Positions 1-6,932 of a stretch of DNA of 28,214 nt are shown here, in pieces. Location of the stretch: positions 1-28,214 of IMG/VR virus record IMGVR_UViG_3300010203_000022, one strand, 5' to 3'. A program made the translations under genes and the position numbers. This DNA comes from a virus. Taxonomy: Duplodnaviria > Caudoviricetes. The notes under the pieces are model-generated. The model searched no databases. It saw only the letters and a list, made by a program, of their open reading frames with translations, and had not been told where the DNA came from. Position 1 is the stretch's first letter. Every line of letters starts with the position of its first letter.

Positions 1-25
1 GCGCAAGTATCTGTTTTCGCGCGTG

Positions 26-216
26 TTGGGAGGATTTGGGAGGATAGGGAGGATTTTTTCGCCTTCGGCCTCATACATGTGCGTGCGCGCACGCAGGAAA
101 AAATAAGAATTTCATATGTGAAAACCCTCCCTATCCTCCCTAACCCTCCCAAAGGCTTTTCAATCAATAGCTTATAAGTGGGAGGATTTCGAAAAATCCG
201 GGAGGGACGGGAGGAT
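26..216. repeat. Array of nine GGGAGG(A/G)(T/A) octamers in direct and inverted orientation around a central palindrome; candidate phage replication origin
   Basis: GGGAGGAT at 28, 38, 47, 180 and 209, GGGAGGGA at 200, inverted copies at 124, 133 and 143. Arms 26-57 and 121-152 form an imperfect ~32-bp inverted repeat. Perfect palindrome TGCGTGCGCGCACGCA at 80-95. AT-rich tracts at 97-124 and 151-179. The repeats are seen directly; the origin role is inferred. Confidence 0.7.
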
Positions 217-244
217 TGCCGGTTTAGCGTGTCGGAGCATCGAG

Positions 245-877
245 ATGGTTGCGAAATTTTGGGGCGTCGCGGGTTTGAAGACGGGGATCAAGGCGCTGGG
301 GGAACGCCGCGAATTCCCCTTCGGGCGTCAGCGCCTGCCTGAACCCGTCTGCAACGCCGCTGCGCGCGAAGGGCTGGAGGCTGCGGGGTTCGAAGTGTTT
401 GCGCCCGCGATCGTCGAGCAGCGGTGGCGGTACAAGCGGAATGGTGAACGCGTGAAGGCCAAGAACGCCGCCTTCTCGCTGTTTCCCGGTTACGTGTTTT
501 TCGGCTGGAACGATTTTGACCATTGGTGCGAAGCGCCGCATGCGCGCGGGGTGTCCGACGTGCTGCGCGACGGCGACAAGTTCTCGCGCCCGGCGCTTGT
601 TTCGCGCCGGACGATGCTGGCGATGCTTGCTGCTGGTCCGCTGATTGACAGTCTCACGGCGGCTCGGCCGGCCGGCGCGCTCGAAGTGTTTGACGTCGGC
701 CAGCGGGTGACGATCAAGAGCGGACCTTTCACGGGCATGATCGCCCGCATCCTGTCGTTCAAGGGCAAAAAGCGGATGAAGGCGTTCCTCGAATTGGAGG
801 CGCTTCAGCAGGCGGGCCGGCGCCAAGCGTTCGATCTAGAAGTGGAAACTTGCGAATTGACGAAGAAGACGGCTTGA
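245..877 (+). CDS. NusG/RfaH-family transcription antitermination factor (phage-encoded paralogue)
   Basis: NGN signatures GFEVFAP and LFPGYVFF; KOW motif FDVGQRVTIKSGPFTGMIARI. GGAG Shine-Dalgarno lies upstream, and the gene directly precedes the late genes. Confidence 0.9.
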   Translation: MVAKFWGVAGLKTGIKALGERREFPFGRQRLPEPVCNAAAREGLEAAGFEVFAPAIVEQRWRYKRNGERVKAKNAAFSLFPGYVFFGWNDFDHWCEAPHARGVSDVLRDGDKFSRPALVSRRTMLAMLAAGPLIDSLTAARPAGALEVFDVGQRVTIKSGPFTGMIARILSFKGKKRMKAFLELEALQQAGRRQAFDLEVETCELTKKTA

Positions 878-885
878 CGAATTCT
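857..885 (+). promoter_or_regulatory. Candidate sigma70-type late promoter
   Basis: TTGACG (857-862), 17-nt spacer, then AATTCT (880-885) with -11A and -7T. A second TTGACG at 874-879 lacks a well-spaced -10 element. Confidence 0.35.
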
Positions 886-907
886 CGCAAATCAGTTCTC
901 CATATGT

Positions 908-1105
908 CCCGCGCGGTTGAACTTGCCAACGAACAGGTTTCAATCGCGGGTATGCGGCAAGCGCCGCGGCCGGCAGGGATGAGCTCCTGACCCGTCGAGG
1001 ATGAAAAGAGCGCCACACAGCGCCGACATCCTCGAAAGCAAACCGGAAGCCATTCCGGTCCGAGTGCGCCAGCTTAGAAAATCCCGGCATGAAACGGGTT
1101 AGCTG
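908..1105 (+). ncRNA. Structured 5' leader / cis-acting RNA candidate (six consecutive hairpins)
   Basis: Stems read by eye: 912-921/939-948, 954-958/963-967, 974-977/986-989, 995-1003/1027-1035 (perfect 9 bp), 1042-1048/1053-1059 (perfect 7 bp), and 1070-1074/1101-1105 enclosing 1083-1086/1095-1098. No + strand ORF is listed here. Confidence 0.55.
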
Positions 1106-1146
1106 TTCAGCCTCCTTGCAAGCCGTTTGAGTCTGGGGTGGGTTCC

Positions 1147-1329
1147 ATGTGCCATTGCGCCGAAAATCGACAGATGATCGTCGCCGCTTTGCGAGGCGAA
1201 AAGCCTGTTTCGGGCGTTGCTTCGGCGGTCGCCGCGAACGTGGTGGACGATGCGCGCGCGGCGGCGGCGCGTCTGGCGGCGGCTTCCGCCGGCCGGATCG
1301 CTGCGGCGAAGGCGAGGCTGGCGCGATGA
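1147..1329 (+). CDS. Small Ala-rich hypothetical protein (MCHCAENRQ...)
   Basis: ATG at 1147 (alternative GTG at 1138). Its stop overlaps the next start as ATGA at 1326-1329, suggesting translational coupling. Confidence 0.55.
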   Translation: MCHCAENRQMIVAALRGEKPVSGVASAVAANVVDDARAAAARLAAASAGRIAAAKARLAR

Positions 1330-1880
1330 TAGCGCTTGAGGTTCGGTTCGAGCGCAAGGGTCGCGGCTTCGACGCGGTGAAAATCCCGATGGCGATTGCG
1401 CGCGGGTTGAATGAAGGCGGCGACTTGGTGCGCACGCGCGTTCAAAAGGCGCTCTGGAAGCAGACCAACGTCAAGAAGTATTCGTCCATCACCTCACGGA
1501 TGCGGACGGTGCGCGCTTATGGTTCAAGCGCTCCGAAATCCGGCATCGGCCCGGTGGGGTCAGGATCGCTGGCCTATCAGATCATCGCGACGGGCAAGGG
1601 CATTCCGATCAAGGAGTTCCCCGTCAAGCTGACCCGCAAGGGCGTGGACGCGCAGAGCTGGGGCGTCGATCATTTGTTCAAGCGCTCGTTCGGGCTCGCG
1701 GGCAAAGATGCTGACGGGTTTCGCGCGCGCCTAGGCTCGAAGCGGTTTCCGATCCGCAAGCTGTACGGCCCGGCTCTGACCAAGGAGCTGGGAAAGGATG
1801 CTTCCGCCGAGGCGTTCTATGCGGGCGCGCGCACGCTGATCATCCCCGCCATTCTCAAGCATCTCGGCAAGGCGCTCTGA
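1326..1880 (+). CDS. gpZ-like minor tail / tail completion protein
   Basis: Basic 184-aa protein with AIARGLNEGG...RT near the N-terminus and R(F)PIRKLYGPAL near the C-terminus, as in the gpZ-like family. Start reassigned to the ATG at 1326 on the ATGA overlap. Confidence 0.65.
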   Translation: MIALEVRFERKGRGFDAVKIPMAIARGLNEGGDLVRTRVQKALWKQTNVKKYSSITSRMRTVRAYGSSAPKSGIGPVGSGSLAYQIIATGKGIPIKEFPVKLTRKGVDAQSWGVDHLFKRSFGLAGKDADGFRARLGSKRFPIRKLYGPALTKELGKDASAEAFYAGARTLIIPAILKHLGKAL

Positions 1881-1891
1881 CCCATTCGCGT

Positions 1892-2002
1892 GGGTCCTTC
1901 CCCGGGGCGGGAGGGCCGCGCGGCCGCGGCAGTCCGAAATTTCTGTAGTTGCCGGGGCGAAAACTCGTACATATGAGCGCATTTGATGGCGCATTCGTGC
2001 AT
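1892..2002 (+). other. Lambda-type cos packaging site region (cosQ-like, cosN-like, TerS-binding repeats)
   Basis: GGGTCCT at 1892-1898 is identical to lambda cosQ. GC-rich dyads lie at 1914-1925 and 1923-1930, and GYRCAT repeats at 1967, 1977, 1989 and 1997. The region sits just upstream of terS and a gpA-type terL. Confidence 0.65.
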
Positions 2003-2537
2003 AGGAGACGTCAGCCTCAAGCGCGCGCTTGAGCTGCTCGCCGAACAAGGCGACGCCGTCACGCAATCGACGCTGTCGCGCTACGTCGCCAAGTACGCGG
2101 ATGCTCTCCAGCCGAAGCGGCGCGGCAAAGAGCTGGTGGTCGACTTCGACACGCTGCTGCAACACCGGCGCGAGAACATCCGTCTGGAGTCGGTTGGGGT
2201 CGAGACGCCGACGACGCGAAAGACCGCGACCAGGTCGGACGAAGCCGCACAGAATGTCCGCGCTCAACGCCTCCTCCGCGAACTGGACCTTGCGGAGCGC
2301 TCCGGCGCCCTGACGCCCAAGCGCGAAGTCGAAGAGGCGGCGCATTCGGCGGTCGGGATGTTGCGGGGGGCCTTCGCGCTGGCGCTCAACGATACCGCCG
2401 ATTCGCTCGCAGCGCTCACCGGCGTCGAGGCGCGGTTGCTCCGGCCCCATTTGCGGGCGTTCGAAAAGAAGGGCCTCGACGCTTTCGTGCGCGCGCTGGC
2501 CGATTACGAGCTGGCGCCGCCGCCGGCCGAAACCTGA
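1986..2537 (+). CDS. terS: Terminase small subunit (Nu1-like)
   Basis: N-terminal HTH-like segment (SLKRALELL...VTQSTLSRYV) and RLLRELDLAERSGALTPKREVE coiled segment; located between cos and terL. Confidence 0.75.
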   Translation: MAHSCIGDVSLKRALELLAEQGDAVTQSTLSRYVAKYADALQPKRRGKELVVDFDTLLQHRRENIRLESVGVETPTTRKTATRSDEAAQNVRAQRLLRELDLAERSGALTPKREVEEAAHSAVGMLRGAFALALNDTADSLAALTGVEARLLRPHLRAFEKKGLDAFVRALADYELAPPPAET

Positions 2538-2544
2538 GGATGCT

Positions 2545-4683
2545 ATGACCGACGCCGTCGAACAGGCGGCGGGGCTTGTCGAGGGGCTGCGCGAGGAGCT
2601 TCCCTCCCTCCCTCACGGGCGAAAAACCTTTTTTGCCGCCCTCACGACGGCCGCCACGCCAGATCAGGACCTGACCGTTTCGGAATGGGCTGATCGCTAC
2701 AGAAAGGTCTCAGCAGAATCAGGGTCGCCGTTCCCCGGCGACTGGAAAACCGACCGCGTGCCGTATCTGCGCGAGCCGATGGATTGCCTGCATCCGGACC
2801 ATCCGGCCCGACGCGTGGCGCTCAAATTCTCGGCGCAGAGCGGCAAGTCCGAAGTCGGCGTCAATTGGTTCGGCTTCATCGTCGATCGCGCGCCCGGCTC
2901 AATCCTGACGGTCCTGCCGACGGGCGAAGAGGCGAACAAGTACAACCGCGTCAAGCTGCAGCCGACCATCGACAGCAGCCCGCGCATCCGCCACCGGGTC
3001 AAGCCGGAGAACAGCCGCGACGAAGGCGCGAGCACCACCGCTTTCAAGCGCTTCGCCGGCGGGTTCGACCAGATCACGACTGCGACCTCGTCAAAGGGCC
3101 TGCAGATGATCTCGGTCCGTTACCTCATCCTGGATGAGGTGTCGGGCTTCCCGCGCGACGCGGACGGTCGCGGCTCGCCCGTCGACCAGGCGCGCGCCCG
3201 CCAGAAGGCCTTCGGCGATCTCGCCAAGGAGCTGATCATCTCGACGCCGGGGATCGCCGGCGATTGCCTGATCAGCGAGGAGTTCGAGCAGGGCGACCGG
3301 CGACGGTTCTATGTCCCGCATCTCGGCTGCGGCTGTTTTCACACGCTGCGTTACGAGAACATGCAGCCGCCGGCGGAAAGCACTGGGGGCCGCGTCACTT
3401 TCGTCTGCCCGGCGTGCGGCGAACTGTACGACCAGGCCGACATGCACGAGATGCGGTCGCAAGGCCGCTGGGTTCCGACCTGGGTTGAGGACGGGGCCGA
3501 GCCGGTTCCGGCGATCATCGCGCCTGAGGAGATCGACACATACGCCATTGCGCCCTGCACGGGGCGCGCGCGCAACCGGCAACCGTCCTACGCGCTGTGG
3601 TCGGCCTATTCGCCGATGGAGAGTTGGGGCGACATCTGGCAGCGCGGCGAGACGGCGCGCGGCGACCCGACCAAGGAGAAGGTGTTTTCGCAGCAGGACC
3701 GTGGCGAGGCCTACGAGATGACGACGGACACGCCGGACTGGGAAAAGCTCCTGGCCGTGCGCAAGCCCTGGCCGCGCGGGACCGTTCCCTGGCCGGCGGC
3801 GGTGCTGACCGGCTTCATCGACGTCCAGGGCAACCGCTTCGAATGGGGCTTGTGGGGCTGGGGGCCGGGCTTTCAGGGCTGGCTGATCGATCGCGGGATC
3901 ATCTCGCACGATTATAAGTCGGACGAGGCCTGGGCGGCGATCGACGCGCTGACGGCGCGCAAATGGCCGACCGAATCGGGCCAGCAAGTCGAGGTGATGC
4001 GCTGGGGCATGGACACAGGCGCGTTCACGCAAACGCTCTATGACCGCGTCTCCGGCCGCATGGCGTTGCAGGCGACCAAGGCGGACAACCGGCCCCGGGC
4101 GGCGCCGCTGAAAATGACCCGCGCCGACCTGCGTAACGAGCATGGGCAGGTCATCGCCGGGCGGCGCATCGATCTGGCCCTGATCGGCCAGTTTGACCTG
4201 AAGATTTCGGTCTATGACGGGTTCCGCTCGCTGGTGGCCGGCCCCGGCCTCGACGGCAAATGGGGGCCGGGCACGCTGCATCTGCCGGACTGGATCGGCG
4301 AAGACGAGCTGAAGCAACTCACCGCCGAAGTGTTGGTCGACACGCGGCTTGAGACGCGCAGGAACAGCAAGAAAAGCCTGCTGGTGAAGCCGGGCGACGT
4401 CAAGGAATGGCGCAAGCGGCCACACCAGCCAAACGAAGGTCTCGACATCGCCGTTGGGTCCCGCGCGCTCGCCTGGGGCGAAGGCGCGGGACAGCTCACC
4501 GCCGCCCGCTGGTTTGAACTGGCGGCGGCGGCGCACCAACAGGCCGCGCCCGAGCCCGATCTCTTCACCAAGCCGGCGCTGACGGAGGCTCCTCCTCCGC
4601 CACCGCCAGAACCGCCCGCAGCGCCGCCCCCGGCGAAACCATCCTTCATCCCTCGCCGCCCCGGCGGCTGGCTTCGCAAGTAG
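2545..4683 (+). CDS. terL: Terminase large subunit, lambda gpA family
   Basis: LTVSEWADRY, Walker A KFSAQSGKSE, Walker B YLILDEV, coupling motif ISTP, CPACG Zn knuckle, nuclease motif LTGFIDVQGNRFE and NEGLD. Confidence 0.97.
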   Translation: MTDAVEQAAGLVEGLREELPSLPHGRKTFFAALTTAATPDQDLTVSEWADRYRKVSAESGSPFPGDWKTDRVPYLREPMDCLHPDHPARRVALKFSAQSGKSEVGVNWFGFIVDRAPGSILTVLPTGEEANKYNRVKLQPTIDSSPRIRHRVKPENSRDEGASTTAFKRFAGGFDQITTATSSKGLQMISVRYLILDEVSGFPRDADGRGSPVDQARARQKAFGDLAKELIISTPGIAGDCLISEEFEQGDRRRFYVPHLGCGCFHTLRYENMQPPAESTGGRVTFVCPACGELYDQADMHEMRSQGRWVPTWVEDGAEPVPAIIAPEEIDTYAIAPCTGRARNRQPSYALWSAYSPMESWGDIWQRGETARGDPTKEKVFSQQDRGEAYEMTTDTPDWEKLLAVRKPWPRGTVPWPAAVLTGFIDVQGNRFEWGLWGWGPGFQGWLIDRGIISHDYKSDEAWAAIDALTARKWPTESGQQVEVMRWGMDTGAFTQTLYDRVSGRMALQATKADNRPRAAPLKMTRADLRNEHGQVIAGRRIDLALIGQFDLKISVYDGFRSLVAGPGLDGKWGPGTLHLPDWIGEDELKQLTAEVLVDTRLETRRNSKKSLLVKPGDVKEWRKRPHQPNEGLDIAVGSRALAWGEGAGQLTAARWFELAAAAHQQAAPEPDLFTKPALTEAPPPPPPEPPAAPPPAKPSFIPRRPGGWLRK

Positions 4684-4691
4684 GTGATTCC

Positions 4692-5111
4692 ATGACGCGT
4701 GAGTTTTACTCGACCAAGTACGTGTTTGCGTGGCCCCAACAAAACTGCGGGGAACCGGGCATGGCCATCAGGTATCAGGACGGCCATCAGTCCTGGTGTC
4801 CGCAGGCGACGTTCGAGCGCGACTATCAGCCGACTACGGCCATGTCGTTCGGCCATGCAATCCACGCTTTGAAGGCTGGCAAGCGCGTCGCGCGCGCTGG
4901 ATGGAACGGCAAAGGCATGTTCCTGTTCCTGGTCCCTGGCTCCAAATTCAAGGTCAGCCGGCCGCCGCTTCTCGGCATCTACGAGGAAGGCACCGAGATC
5001 AGCTATCATGGCCACGTCGACTTGAAGGCGGCTGATGGGCAGGTGCTGCCGTGGAATGCGTCGCAGGCCGATATGCTTGCCGACGACTGGATGATTTTGG
5101 ACGAGGCCTGA
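4692..5111 (+). CDS. DUF2829 / Tad2-like (Thoeris anti-defence 2 family) protein with an N-terminal extra domain
   Basis: MSFGHAIHALKAGKRVARAGWNGKGMFL...PWNASQADMLADDW is the DUF2829 signature; the N-terminal module reads IRYQDGHQSWCPQATFERDY. Confidence 0.85.
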   Translation: MTREFYSTKYVFAWPQQNCGEPGMAIRYQDGHQSWCPQATFERDYQPTTAMSFGHAIHALKAGKRVARAGWNGKGMFLFLVPGSKFKVSRPPLLGIYEEGTEISYHGHVDLKAADGQVLPWNASQADMLADDWMILDEA

Positions 5112-5113
5112 CC

Positions 5114-5374
5114 ATGGCCTTCACCCAATCCGACATCGACACGCTGCGTCAGGCCATCGCGACCGGCGCGCGGCGCGTGCGCTACGCCGACGGCCGTGAC
5201 GTCGAATATCGCACCTATGCCGAAATGCGCCTCGTGTTGACCGATATGGAGGCGGAGGTTGCGGGATCGGCGCAGTCGCTCGGCGGCAATCGCGTCGTCA
5301 CCGGCGTCGCCACCGGCATGAACCGGGGCGCGCCATCTTATGGCTGGCCCTATCCCGGGCGGTTGATCCCGTGA
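5114..5374 (+). CDS. Head-tail joining protein (gpW-like)
   Basis: MAFTQSDIDTLRQAIATGARRVRYADGRDVEYRT is typical of the family. GAGG SD precedes ATG 5114, and the stop overlaps the portal start (GTGA). Confidence 0.88.
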   Translation: MAFTQSDIDTLRQAIATGARRVRYADGRDVEYRTYAEMRLVLTDMEAEVAGSAQSLGGNRVVTGVATGMNRGAPSYGWPYPGRLIP

Positions 5375-6924
5375 GCAAGAAGGGCCGCAACAAGGCGCCG
5401 CGGACATCCGGTTCCAAGACGCTCGACGTTGTCGCGGCGTCGATGGAGCGGCGATCGCAGGTCAAAAGCCTGCTGGAGGCCGTCGCTGGCTATGATGGCG
5501 CGGCGCGCGGTCATCGCACCGCCGGCCGTCGCATCGCCTCGACCTCGGCCGACCGCGAGAACTGGAGCAGCCTGACGCGGCTGCGCGACGTCTCGCGCGA
5601 GCTGTGCCGCAACAACGCCTATGCGGCGCGCGCCGTCCAGGTCATCAAGTCCAATGTGGTCGGCTCGGGCATCATGCTGTCGATCAGCGATGCGCCCAAG
5701 GCGGTCAAGACGCGGCTCGGCGCGCTGATCTCGGACTATCTCGAAACCCCGCGTGTCGATTTCGACGGCCGCAACAATCTGTACGGGCTTCAAGCGCTCG
5801 CCATGGAGACGGTGGCGCGTGACGGCGAGGTGCTGATCGTGCGCTACAAGCGCAAAGCGGCTGACGGCCTGCCGCTGCCGTTTCAGATCAGGATCATGGA
5901 AGTCGATTATCTCAACCCGTGGATCGACGCGGGCAAGATGGTCGGCAAGATTCCGCAAAAAAACTACATCAGCCAGGGCATCGAATACGATCCCGATGGG
6001 CGCCGCGTCGCCTATCACCTTTACCGCGAGCATCCCGGCTCGCTGTTCGCCGGCTTCAACCAGGACGTGGTGCGTATCCCCGCCGAGGACGTGATCCACC
6101 TCTACCGGGTTGATCGGCCTGGCCAGTCGCGCGGCGTGCCGTGGGGCGCGTCCGTGATCATGTCGCTGTGGGACCTGGGCGACTTCGAGGACGCCGAGCT
6201 GCTGCGCCAGAAGATCGCCGCCTGCTTCGCGGTGTTCTGGATCGACAACGGGGGCCGCACCAAGCTTTCCAACGATCCCGCCGCCATGCCTTCTGACACC
6301 GGCTTGAACGTGGACATGCTGGAGCCGGGGATGCAGCAGCGCCTGCCGCCAGGCGTCGACGTGAAATTCGCCACGCCGCCCACCGTCCAGGGGTTCGAGG
6401 TCTATATGCGGGCCAATATCCGCAAGATATCGATCGGCTACGGCATCCCGTATGAGGCGTTGGCCGGCGATCTCAGCCAGGTCAATTTTTCGAGCGGCCG
6501 CATGGGTTGGCTCGAATTCCAGCGCAATGTCGAACAGTGGCAATGGTCGATGCTGATCCCGCACATGTGCGAGACGGTCGGCCGCTGGTTTCTGGAGGCG
6601 GCGGAATTCCGCGTTCCCGGCGCGATGCGCGCGAAGCTCAAGCACACCGAACCGCGCCGCGAGATGATCGACCCGACCAAGGAAATCCCGGCGGCGCGCG
6701 ACGCCATACGCGCCGGCCTCGCCTCTCGCTCGGGCGAGCTGCGGCGGCTGGGCTTCGACCCGGAAAAGGTCGACGCGGAGATCGCCGAGGACAACGCCCG
6801 CGCCGACGCGCTCAAACTCAAGTTCGACTCGGACGGCCGCGCGCCGATGAACGCGCCGCTTGTCCCGCCCGAGGCCGAGGAAATCGCGCCCGACCCGAAA
6901 CCGGACGCTAAACCCAACAAATGA
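5371..6924 (+). CDS. Portal protein, lambda family
   Basis: LRDVSRELCRNN, RPGQSRGVPW, GIPYEALAGDLSQVNFSSGRMG and IDPTKE motifs. Confidence 0.97.
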   Translation: MSKKGRNKAPRTSGSKTLDVVAASMERRSQVKSLLEAVAGYDGAARGHRTAGRRIASTSADRENWSSLTRLRDVSRELCRNNAYAARAVQVIKSNVVGSGIMLSISDAPKAVKTRLGALISDYLETPRVDFDGRNNLYGLQALAMETVARDGEVLIVRYKRKAADGLPLPFQIRIMEVDYLNPWIDAGKMVGKIPQKNYISQGIEYDPDGRRVAYHLYREHPGSLFAGFNQDVVRIPAEDVIHLYRVDRPGQSRGVPWGASVIMSLWDLGDFEDAELLRQKIAACFAVFWIDNGGRTKLSNDPAAMPSDTGLNVDMLEPGMQQRLPPGVDVKFATPPTVQGFEVYMRANIRKISIGYGIPYEALAGDLSQVNFSSGRMGWLEFQRNVEQWQWSMLIPHMCETVGRWFLEAAEFRVPGAMRAKLKHTEPRREMIDPTKEIPAARDAIRAGLASRSGELRRLGFDPEKVDAEIAEDNARADALKLKFDSDGRAPMNAPLVPPEAEEIAPDPKPDAKPNK

Positions 6925-6932
6925 GGGCCTGA

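Noticed and set aside
26-216. Repeat array as a CRISPR or G-quadruplex element
   Set aside because: The units are 8 bp with no unique spacers and no cas genes, and each cluster has only three G3 tracts.
974-1040. GATGAG...CGAAA resembling a hammerhead ribozyme core
   Set aside because: The required CUGANGA is GGGAUGA here, and the flanking stems do not form the three-way junction.
1149-1325. Upstream extensions of ORF-track calls (1149, 5051, 10462, 13630, 18297, 22157, 23955, 26394, 26468, 26745)
   Set aside because: They overlap better-supported genes and encode low-complexity Arg-rich sequence; downstream starts have an SD or a stop-start overlap.
4585-4640. C-rich quasi-repeat at the end of terL
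   Set aside because: It simply encodes a Pro-rich C-terminal linker.
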